Source of the DNA: an uncultured bacterium
GTDB lineage: Bacteria; Muiribacteriota; UBA9980
Assembly: GCA_964545075.1 (NCBI GenBank)
Contig: CAZJFS010000005.1
Location: 2,319 to 66,318, forward strand
DNA: 64,000 bases
Direction: 5' to 3'
Position numbers and translations under genes: made by a program
Part shown: positions 1 to 8,671 of the stretch, one piece after another
Layout of the letters: every line of letters starts with the position of its first letter
Position numbering within the stretch: position 1 is the first letter of the stretch
The notes under the pieces: model-generated
Told to the model about the DNA's origin: nothing
Database searches by the model: none
The model's input: the letters and a program-made list of their open reading frames with translations, nothing else

Positions 1-439
1 CGATGCGGTCATCTGTTTGATGCAGGAACGCATGATGAATGTCATAAAGACCGCCCAGAGCGTCGGCTCCGACCCGCTCGGATGCATCAGACGCGTCTAT
101 CTGGCCGAGGTTCGGATGATAATGCAAAGCCCCGGCGCTCCGTTCATATTTTTTTCCGAGGAATTCATCGCCAATAAAAATCAGATTAAAAACAAGTTCG
201 ACGAGGTCGGCCGGCTCCACTTCGGAGAAATGTTGAAACTTTTCCAGAAAGCCCTCGATCAAAAGCAGATACGCCAGGATTTCGCGGCGCAGACGCTCGC
301 GATCTTTTATATGGGAATGGTCTCTCAGACGATGTTTCTGACCCAGGACCCTGATAAAAACGCCAAAATTAATATAGACGTGTTGAAACACAGCGAAAAC
401 GCATGGAAAGCGTTCGTGGACATGCTCAAAGCAAAGTAA
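1..439 (+). CDS. TetR/AcrR-like transcriptional regulator, C-terminal part only (the 5' end is cut by the window edge).
   Basis: The ORF runs open from the window edge in the frame of 17..439. The C-terminal region is helical and TetR-like. It sits directly upstream of an MFP–RND efflux pair with two palindromic operators in between. Confidence 0.45.
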   Translation, partial: DAVICLMQERMMNVIKTAQSVGSDPLGCIRRVYLAEVRMIMQSPGAPFIFFSEEFIANKNQIKNKFDEVGRLHFGEMLKLFQKALDQKQIRQDFAAQTLAIFYMGMVSQTMFLTQDPDKNAKINIDVLKHSENAWKAFVDMLKAK

Positions 440-455
440 TTTTTTTTGTCACGTG

Positions 456-475
456 AGGTGACTGAATAATCACCT
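456..475. promoter_or_regulatory. Palindromic operator AGGTGA-N8-TCACCT, copy 1. Likely a TetR-type binding site.
   Basis: A perfect 6-bp inverted repeat separated by 8 nt is read directly. A second, near-identical copy lies at 603-622. Confidence 0.5.
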
Positions 476-602
476 TACAGGGTTTCACGGTTTTTAAAAA
501 TAGTTTACAGACCAGAATATTCATATTATTTTTAATTTAAATATTCACAATATCATCATTCATTAGAAATAAAGTTTCATCATCAAAATTTTTTACGCGG
601 TC

Positions 603-622
603 AGGTGACTCATAAATCACCT
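603..622. promoter_or_regulatory. Palindromic operator AGGTGA-N8-TCACCT, copy 2, immediately upstream of the efflux adaptor gene.
   Basis: The same half-sites as copy 1. It lies about 45 nt upstream of the AAGGAGG ribosome-binding site of the MFP gene. Confidence 0.5.
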
Positions 623-669
623 TTTAAATGAATTTTAAAATCTATTTAAAACGATTAAGGAGGAATATC

Positions 670-1722
670 ATGTTTAACCATTTTATCGCTCTCTCGAAAA
701 TATCTTTCGCAAGAAGAGCCTCGGCCTTCGTCATCATTGTCGGATCGGCCTTCGTTTTCGTCCTGTCTTTCGCTCACACTGCTCACGCGCAGGATACGGC
801 CGGCGTCGCGCTTAACTCCAAAAGCCTTGATTCCGAGCAATTTATGGGTGAAATTACCGCTATAAGAAAAGCCGTCCTTTCCACTAACGTTTCCGGGCGT
901 TTGACCAAAACACCTTATTTTATAGGCGATTACGTTAAATCGGCAACTCCAATGGCCAGCCTTGATACGAGAGACTTCGAAATAGTCGTCAAACAGGCGA
1001 AGGCCGCCGTCGATGCCAGCGCCGCCAGGCTCCGGCAGCTGGAAATCGGGTCCCGGCCGGAAGAAAAAAAACAGGCGGCGGAGCAGCTGCGCCAGGCAGA
1101 GGCGACATCTAAGACGGCGATTTCCGATTATGTAAGAATGAAGGAACTCTTCGCTTCGAATATGATTTCCAAACAAACGATGGAAGCTACGGAAGCGAAG
1201 GCGACCGTGTCAGAAGCCCAATACGCTTCGGTGAAGCTGCAAAAGGCGATTATCGACCAGGGCCCGCGGGTGGAAGAAAAGGAAAACATGCGTGCGCTTA
1301 TAAGGCAACAGGAGGCGTCTCTTGAGCTTGCCATGATCCAGCTGGAATACGCTACGCTGAAGGCCCCGTTCGACGGCATCGTCTCAGCGCGCCATTCGAA
1401 CGAGGGAGCCTTTGTAAACCCGTCGTCACCGATATATACTCTGCAACAAATCGACCCGATATACGCCTCGGTGGACTGCCCTGAAAAATACATGTCCCTG
1501 CTTCAAAAAGGGGTCAGGGCGACGATAATCATAGACGCGCTTCCCGGAAAGAAGTTTTCGGGCGTTCTCGAACGGATGCCGGCCGTCATAGATACCGTAA
1601 CCCGCACGGCAAGAGCCGAATTCACTATAGAGAATCCGGATAAGCTCCTCAGGCCGGGCATGTTCGTCCGCGCCTCGATTTCGTTTGAAGCGAAGATCGG
1701 AGGGGCGAATGAACGTTTCTGA
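670..1722 (+). CDS. RND efflux periplasmic adaptor (membrane fusion protein, HlyD/AcrA family).
   Basis: AAGGAGG RBS is 8 nt before the ATG at 670. An N-terminal signal/TM segment and a coiled-coil middle are present. The C-terminal beta-barrel matches the MFP family. The stop overlaps the start of the RND pump gene. Confidence 0.8.
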   Translation: MFNHFIALSKISFARRASAFVIIVGSAFVFVLSFAHTAHAQDTAGVALNSKSLDSEQFMGEITAIRKAVLSTNVSGRLTKTPYFIGDYVKSATPMASLDTRDFEIVVKQAKAAVDASAARLRQLEIGSRPEEKKQAAEQLRQAEATSKTAISDYVRMKELFASNMISKQTMEATEAKATVSEAQYASVKLQKAIIDQGPRVEEKENMRALIRQQEASLELAMIQLEYATLKAPFDGIVSARHSNEGAFVNPSSPIYTLQQIDPIYASVDCPEKYMSLLQKGVRATIIIDALPGKKFSGVLERMPAVIDTVTRTARAEFTIENPDKLLRPGMFVRASISFEAKIGGANERF

Positions 1723-4700
1723 TATTTTCATCAAGCGGCCGATTTTCACGATCATGTTCACGTCGTTCCTGGTCGTGATAGGGCTGTTTTCATACGCCGG
1801 GCTCGGCGTCGAGCAATTTCCGCAGATAGATTTTCCCATGGCGCGAATCTTCGCGACGCTTCCCGGCGCTAGCGCTGAGGAACTCGAAACTCAGGTAGCC
1901 AAGCCCATCGAGGAAGCGATAAATTCCATTTCCGGCATTAGCCAGATATCTACGACATGCACCTTCGAAACCGTCCAAATAATGGTTCAGTTCAATATGG
2001 AAAAAAGCGCCGACATAGCGGCCCAGGAAGTACGGGAGCGCGTTTCGCAGATACAGGGGAAGTTCCCGAAAGGAATGGCCGCGCCGCAGGTCGGAAAGCT
2101 CGATCCGGGCGCGCAGCCCGTCATAACTTATATCATTTCGGCGGATATGCCGTTGCGCGAGCTTACCTACTTCGCGTGAAAAAAGATCAAGGAACAGCTG
2201 GAAACGTTAAACGGCATAGGTAGCGTCAGGATCGTCGGCGGCCTTGAGCGCGAGATAAGCATCGAGCTGGACGCCGCGAAGATGAATGCTTACAAGATTT
2301 CCCCGGCCCAGGTGAAGGCGGCGATAATAGCTCAAAATTCGGAGGTCCCTGGCGGAAACGTAACCAACGGCGACCGGGAATACGTCTTAAGAACACTCGG
2401 CCGGCTCGAGACGATCGATGAATTTTCGAATATCGTCATTGCCTCGCCGAATAACGTTCCGATAAAGATCTCCGACGTAGGAAAGGTCGTCGACGGTGAG
2501 GAAGAGAAACGGACTTTAGCCCGCCTCGACCAGAAAGCCTGCCTTTCAGTGATCGTGCAAAAACAATCCGGCGTGAACGCGGTCGAAGTGACGGATCTTG
2601 TCAAGCAGCGCCTTGACGAGCTCAGGCCCGCATTTCCCGAAGGAATAAAGATCACGCCCATACGCGACAACTCCAGGTTCGTCAAAAATTCGCTGCATGA
2701 ATTGAATCTTCATCTCGTACTTGGGGCCGTTCTGGCCTCGCTGGCGGTGCTTCTGTTCATGGGGAACGCCGTTTCGACCGTCATAGCGGCGATTTCGATT
2801 CCGATCTCGATAATATCGACGTTCTTCCTCATAAGCTACATGGGCTTCACCATGAACAACATGTCGATGCTTGGGCTGACGCTCGCCGTCGGTATTGTCA
2901 TTGACGATGCCATAGTCGTTCTCGAAAACATCTTCAGACACATGGAAGAAAAAGGCGCTGATTCCATGAAAGCGGCCAGCGATGGCACTTCCGAGATATA
3001 TCTGGCGGTAATGGCGACTTCCCTTTCACTCGCCGTCATATTCATTCCTGTGGCCTTCATGCAGGGCATTATCGGGAGATTTATGAAGCAGTTCGGGCTT
3101 ACCGTCGCCTTTGCCATTTTAATCTCGATAGTGGTTTCGCTGACCCTCACTCCGATGATGTGCTCAAGGCTTTTCAAGTATAAATTCGCCCGGGGATTTG
3201 GCCACAGCAAATCGTCGCGTTTTTATTCCTTTATCGACGGAATTTATGGGACCCTCCTGCATTTTTCAATGAAAAACCGTATGGCCATAGTGATCGTCTC
3301 AATTATATGCGTAGCCGCGATCTTTCCGCTCGTGAAACTCGTCAAGATCGACTTTGTTCCGGCGGACGACACCAACGAATACACAATATTTTTCAGGACG
3401 CCGGAAGGAACGTCGCTCGAAGGGACGGCTAAGATTCTGGTAGAGCTGGAAGACAGGGTAAAAAAAATCCGCGGCATCGAGCATATGTTCTCGTCGATAG
3501 CCGAAAACGAGGGCTCCGGAGTTAATGAAGGCTCCATTTTCATTCAGCTGGTGGACATTTCGAAGAGGGATTATTCCATCTTCAACTCGATGGACGAGGC
3601 TCGGAAAGCCCTGGCTGAATACGGCGGCTATAAGCCCGTCGTTCAGATTTCCGGCGGCATGGGCAGCGGAAAAAACTGGGATGTGACGATGGCCGTCAGA
3701 GGGCCTGACCTTGATAAAATAAGGGAATATTCCGAAAAAATCGTCGAGAAGATAAAAAAAGACCCGATGATCTCGGCGGCCGAATCTTCCGCGCTCGATA
3801 CCAAGCCCGAGATACACGTTAAAATCGACCGCCAGAGGGCCTTCCGCTCGGGGATTGACGTCGAGGCCGTAGCCTACGCTCTTCGAACTCTCATTGGCGG
3901 CGTGGACGACATCAACCAGTTCAAGCAAAACGATGAAATGTATGAAATAAAGATGCGCCTGGGGCATGATTACAGGAATGACGCCTCAGCGATAGCCGGC
4001 CTGACATTTCAAAACCGCGAGGGAAAGATGATTCGCCTCGACACCTTTGCGTCGGTGAAAGAGGGCCGCGGCGCAACCCAGATCGACCGCCAGGACAGGC
4101 AGAGAAGTGTCTCGGTCAACGCCAACATGACTCCGCTCGGCGCCGTCAACGAAGTCAACAAACTAATGGAAAGCGCCGCCCGCGAGCTTAAAATGCCGCC
4201 CGAATATGCCTTCGGGTTCTTCGGCAGGTCGCGCGACATGAACCAGACGATAAACGGCTTCATCATGGCGTTTTTAATGAGCGCGATCTTCATGTACCTG
4301 ATTCTCGCGTCTCAATTCGAAAGCCTCCTGCATCCCGTCACCATAATGCTCTCGTTGCCGCTTTCCATACCTTTCGCCCTGCTTTCGCTGTACGTTACCG
4401 GGAATTCTCTCAATATTTTCTCCGCTCTGGGCGTTTTCATGCTCTTCGGAATCGTCAAGAAAAATTCAATTCTGCAGATCGATTATACCAACACGCTGCG
4501 CGAGTCCGGAATGCCCCGCGAGGAGGCCATTATTGCGGCGAATCACGCCAGGCTCAGGCCCATACTCATGACGACCGTCACTCTCATCGCCGGGATGATA
4601 CCGATGGCTATGGGGACCGGCGCCGGCTCCGGAACCCGCGCGTCTCTGGCGATAGTCATAATAGGCGGCCAGACGCTGTGCCTTTTAATCACGCTCCTTC

Positions 4701-4780
4701 TGACGCCGGTGGCCTACAGCCTTTTCGACGACCTTCTTGAATGGATAAAATTGAGAACGCCTAAGCTCGAAGAAGAATAA
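1709..4780 (+). CDS. RND (HAE1/AcrB family) inner-membrane efflux transporter, interrupted by one in-frame TGA at 2177-2179.
   Basis: The N-terminus MNVSDIFIKRPIF is typical of AcrB. ORFs 1685..2179 and 2282..4780 are in the same frame. The intervening 2180-2281 translates to AcrB-like sequence (KKIKEQLETLNGIGSVRIVGG). The length is that of a 12-TM RND protein. Confidence 0.75.
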
Positions 4781-4836
4781 TCTTTTTAAAGCGGCGTTCC
4801 ACAATTTCTCTGTCAAATTTTTCTGTCAAATTTTTC

Positions 4837-4865
4837 TTGCCAAAATTTTTATGAAGGTGTATGAT
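4837..4865 (+). promoter_or_regulatory. Sigma70-type promoter: TTGCCA, 17 nt spacer, TATGAT.
   Basis: The -35 and -10 hexamers with 17-nt spacing lie about 40 nt upstream of the DUF2148 start. Tandem TCTGTCAAATTTT repeats precede it at 4809-4849. Confidence 0.5.
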
Positions 4866-4903
4866 TTAAATATAAAATTTAATTAATGATAGGAAGTGCT
4901 GCA

Positions 4904-5440
4904 ATGGCTATAATTCATGAAGAAGAATTAAGAAGTGAATTTTTAATGTCCGCGTCCAAGCGGATACTTGCGGCGGCAAGAACGGCCCCGAAAGGGTGCG
5001 GCAAGGATAATACCGTTATGGCCGTAGCTACGGCCGACGACATAAAAAAAATATCCGAAAAATTAAGGGAACTGTCTAAAAAATACGAGCATCCCGGTTT
5101 CGCGCGCGACGCCGAAAATATATTATCTGCAGGAGCTCTGCTTCTTTTCGGAACCAGGATAAGTCCTATGGGGCTAAAAAAATGCGGAATGTGCGGATTT
5201 GAAAACTGCGCGGCCAAGAATGAAAAACCTGATATACCATGCGTTTTCAACACCGGCGATCTTGGGATTGCTATCGGCTCGGCGGTGTCGGTGGCGATGG
5301 ATATGCGCATCGATAACCGCATTATGTATACAGTCGGACAGGCTGTCCTGGAAATGGGAATTTTCGATAAAAGCGTGAAGATCGTTTACGCCGTTCCTCT
5401 TTCCGTATCGGCTAAAAATCCATTTTTCGACAGAAAATGA
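4904..5440 (+). CDS. DUF2148-type small Cys-containing protein (ferredoxin-like domain protein).
   Basis: The GCGKDN and CGMCGFENC motifs are present. An AGGA RBS lies before the ATG at 4904. Confidence 0.55.
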   Translation: MAIIHEEELRSEFLMSASKRILAAARTAPKGCGKDNTVMAVATADDIKKISEKLRELSKKYEHPGFARDAENILSAGALLLFGTRISPMGLKKCGMCGFENCAAKNEKPDIPCVFNTGDLGIAIGSAVSVAMDMRIDNRIMYTVGQAVLEMGIFDKSVKIVYAVPLSVSAKNPFFDRK

Positions 5441-5457
5441 AAAACCATTGCGCTTCT

Positions 5458-6708
5458 TTATTTAGCGGTTTTACCGGCCTGCGTTTTTTTAACCGTTATT
5501 GTTCTGTCGAAAGCGGCATTAACAGTTCCTTCTTTTTTTACGTTATCCTTATCTATCATAAATATATCGATCGTATGACCGTTATTTATTTCAAATTTTT
5601 CGCCGATTTTGATCTTCAAAATATAATTTTTGCCGCAATATTTTTTTATTATAAAATCTTCGTCACCGGTAAAATCAGAATTATCACTGTCGAATAACGT
5701 GAAGTTTTTGTATGCAGCGTTCATATCGTAATTGAACCATTTTCCATCTTTTTTGGAATAGCAGCTATAACTAAGCCAGTTCGCACGGCCACCCTTTTCT
5801 TTTAATATTATCTCGTTTTTTTCATCATTATCGATATCCGCCATAAATGCGGTTCCTTTGAGATCGGGGCTGAGATACCGGTATGTTTCGATTGATTCGG
5901 CGTCCCCGCAAATGGGGACGTCAAAGCTTAAATCGCTTATAATTTCTCCTGCATCCTTTATGACGGCATCGATTATTTTAGAAGCTTTATCGGCGCTCGT
6001 CCTTAATTTGTCGTAGTTTATTTCCATGGTATAAAGCGATTTGAATTCGCCGTTTTCACAGCAGTATATTTCGATCTTTCTGACCGGCTCGCCTTCTTTC
6101 TTTAAGGTATAAACTTTGTTTTCACAGCGGACGAATGATAAGGATTCCCCGCCGCCGTCAGGTGCGCAAAGGTCGTTTTTCACTATCAAGTACTTTCCGT
6201 TTTTTTGCTTTTTGAAGAAATAATTATCTTCGACATATAAAGTCCCCTGGACGGAGTGGAACCGTATCTCGTTGACGCCATCGTTATCGATATCGATAAG
6301 AGAAGTGAAATAGCGGTTTCTTGAATTGACGATCGTTTTTTTCAGATCCGTATCGTATTCAAGTTTTACTTTTTCAGGATCGATTCCGGCATTTCTTAAA
6401 TACATCGTCTGATTGAGATACAAACCGCGGTCTTCGCCTTCGAAAGTCACATCTTTTTCAGCATTTAACGGTTCCATTTCGAGAGATTTCTCGTTTTTTT
6501 CATAGAGCAATTTCGCGAGAAGTTTAACTACGGGCTCTTTTATAAACTTATCGGGTCGTGAAAGCGAGATGCTCGTTTTTTCATGGTCGTTGCCGTTTAA
6601 GTAATATAACTGAAAATCATTTTGGGCCGATGAAATTCCCGATCCATGAAATAAGGTGATAAAAGCGCAGGAAATAATAGATAATGAAAATTTAATAATT
6701 TTATTCAT
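5458..6708 (-). CDS. Secreted hypothetical protein with DxDxDG-type, calcium-binding-like loops.
   Basis: The N-terminal signal peptide is MNKIIKFSLSIISCAFITLF. Repeated DIDNDGVNEI / DIDNDEKNEI motifs occur. No family was recognised. Confidence 0.5.
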   Translation of the reverse strand: MNKIIKFSLSIISCAFITLFHGSGISSAQNDFQLYYLNGNDHEKTSISLSRPDKFIKEPVVKLLAKLLYEKNEKSLEMEPLNAEKDVTFEGEDRGLYLNQTMYLRNAGIDPEKVKLEYDTDLKKTIVNSRNRYFTSLIDIDNDGVNEIRFHSVQGTLYVEDNYFFKKQKNGKYLIVKNDLCAPDGGGESLSFVRCENKVYTLKKEGEPVRKIEIYCCENGEFKSLYTMEINYDKLRTSADKASKIIDAVIKDAGEIISDLSFDVPICGDAESIETYRYLSPDLKGTAFMADIDNDEKNEIILKEKGGRANWLSYSCYSKKDGKWFNYDMNAAYKNFTLFDSDNSDFTGDEDFIIKKYCGKNYILKIKIGEKFEINNGHTIDIFMIDKDNVKKEGTVNAAFDRTITVKKTQAGKTAK

Positions 6709-6765
6709 GCGAAATTCCTTTTTCAGCTATATTTGAATAGGCGTTTTGACAATGATTGCGATCGC

Positions 6766-6978
6766 TTAAAGCATTGCGAGTATTTCCGGCTCTTCGGGGA
6801 AGCGCCCGGTTTTCTTTTTGCTGAATATTAGCTTTCCGTCCGCGGTGATCTCAAAAACTCCGCCCCGGGATTTAATAAGCTTAACGGTTAAATTTTTCTT
6901 TTTTTCAATTTCTTCGGCAAGACTTGCCGCATAAGGATAGTAGTTTCACTCGCCGCAGTATTCGATGGAAATATTCAT
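6766..6978 (-). CDS. selW: SelW/Rdx-family selenoprotein with a CxxU motif. TGA at 6946-6948 encodes selenocysteine.
   Basis: Hand translation gives MNISIEYCGE-U-NYYPYAASLAEEIEKKKNLTVKLIKSRGGVFEITADGKLIFSKKKTGRFPEEPEILAML. This carries the IEYC..U redox motif and the GGVFEV..DG.L.FSK..GRFPE signature of SelW-like proteins. A GGAGG RBS sits 6 nt before the ATG. A stem-loop lies about 17 nt 3' of the UGA (plus-strand 6915-6929). Confidence 0.8.
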
Positions 6979-7112
6979 TTGTCGCCTCCATGGTAAAGTG
7001 CTTTTAACAAATTATATCAACGACCGACGATTTTGTCAACAATCAAGCAACCATAATGAAATTAAAATATTGAGCCGAATGATATTAGAAACCTCATTCG
7101 CCAAAGCTTTTG

Positions 7113-8471
7113 TTAAAATTCGAAAAATCCTTTTTTGCTTTGCATTTCGCAATCGGCCATCTCGCAATTTGCGACGCTGAAATTTTTTTCTTCAGTGAAG
7201 CATATTGCGCTTCCGCGCTTTTTTGCTTCGCATTTAACGAAGCGACAGGAGGAGATGGAGTCTTCGCCGGCCGAACGATAGACGCCGCCGCCATAGCCGG
7301 CCGAACATTTGCCGAAGTGGCAGCCCGTCATGATGGTTTCGCAGAAATTTAGATGGATTCCGCCGCCCTGTTCATGAGCTTGGCAGGAATTGAAGACGGA
7401 GTCGAACAGGTTCAACATCGAGCCTGCCTCCGCGCTTATACCTCCGCCGTTTTTCGAGTGGCATTCATAAAAAGACGAATTCTCGATGCTTATGGACGCA
7501 AAGTCAAATCGTGCGCCTCCGCCGCTTTCTATTGCCGCGCACTTGGTGAACGAAGAATTTTCAATCGCGCCGTGCGCCTCCCAGCAGGCGACGCCTCCTC
7601 CGGATTCGTTCGCCGCGCAATCTTCGAAAACGCAGTCCTTGAAAGTGAAAAAGACCTGAGCCGGACGTTCATGAGATTGATCGTTTTCGTCCGCGTCCTC
7701 CGTTTCAATTTCATCGTCGTAAGGATCGATCTCCACTGCGACGCCTCCGCCGGAAAAAATTTCCGCCATGCATTTTTCAAACCGGCATTTCGACAGAATG
7801 ACTTCGCAGTTGCCGCAGAAATAAACGCCTCCTCCGGTTCCAGCCGCGCAGGATATAAATTTGGATAATAGTATTTTTATATCCGATTGCGTCGAGTTGA
7901 TCCCGGCGCCCTTTATGCGGGCCCTGCAGTCCTCGAAAACGCAATCGTGGACTTCGGGCGCGCAGTTATAACAAAATAAGCCGGCGCCATAATCGGCTTC
8001 GCAATTTTTAAAAATGCTGTTTTTTATAACGAAAGTGGGATCTAAAGATCTGGCGAGGTTTATAAGCGTGACCGCGCCCGTTATCTTTTTTTCGCCGTCG
8101 AATAAGTCAGGGAGCTTTCGAGCCGCTTCCGGCGAATATTTTAAGATCAGGCTGCCGTCGGAGCCCTCGCTTCCTTCGAAAACGCAATGTGAAAAGACGC
8201 TATCCGCGCCGTTGGGATCTCCAAGTATAGTTATATTGCTCCAGTTTTCCGAGGAATTAGCGGGAAGAAATTCAGACCCGGACGCTTCTATGGAACCCTC
8301 ACAGAAGATCCCGGCGCCTTTTTCGAAATGAAGCGCGGCTGATTCGACGATGAGCTTGGCCCCGCGCCTGATAATAATAGTGTCTGAAACATGATATTTT
8401 CCAGGCATTATCTTGTGGCGGGCGCCGCCTTCGATGAGCAGATTTTTTATTTCGGAGTTATCAAAGTTCAT
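7113..8471 (-). CDS. Cys-rich right-handed parallel beta-helix repeat protein.
   Basis: About 11 tandem 22–26 aa rungs of the form F..C.A...GGG(V/I), for example FTKCAAIESGGGA and FYECHSKNGGGIS. An acidic insert is present. No signal peptide is seen. Confidence 0.55.
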   Translation of the reverse strand: MNFDNSEIKNLLIEGGARHKIMPGKYHVSDTIIIRRGAKLIVESAALHFEKGAGIFCEGSIEASGSEFLPANSSENWSNITILGDPNGADSVFSHCVFEGSEGSDGSLILKYSPEAARKLPDLFDGEKKITGAVTLINLARSLDPTFVIKNSIFKNCEADYGAGLFCYNCAPEVHDCVFEDCRARIKGAGINSTQSDIKILLSKFISCAAGTGGGVYFCGNCEVILSKCRFEKCMAEIFSGGGVAVEIDPYDDEIETEDADENDQSHERPAQVFFTFKDCVFEDCAANESGGGVACWEAHGAIENSSFTKCAAIESGGGARFDFASISIENSSFYECHSKNGGGISAEAGSMLNLFDSVFNSCQAHEQGGGIHLNFCETIMTGCHFGKCSAGYGGGVYRSAGEDSISSCRFVKCEAKKRGSAICFTEEKNFSVANCEMADCEMQSKKGFFEF

Positions 8472-8585
8472 AAGATCATTTTACTAAAAAAAAGAATTTT
8501 TTGAAACAATAATTTTTAAAAAAACTATTCAGGACGTTAAAGGTTTTATATGGCTTCGATATTAAGTTTTTTATTAACTTAAAAT

Positions 8586-8614
8586 TTGACAATTGTATTA
8601 AATTTATATATAAT
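8586..8614 (+). promoter_or_regulatory. Consensus sigma70 promoter TTGACA, 17 nt, TATAAT upstream of glgA.
   Basis: Perfect hexamers with 17-nt spacing lie about 58 nt before the glgA ATG. Confidence 0.55.
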
Positions 8615-8671
8615 ACCACTTGTTGATTTTTATTGAATTTTTAAAAAATAAATATGTAAGGAATTGTTGTC

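Noticed and set aside
6965-7352. Short plus-strand ORFs (6965..7180 and 7110..7352) around the selW region.
   Set aside because: They overlap the minus-strand selW gene and the beta-helix gene. They have no RBS and are low-complexity.
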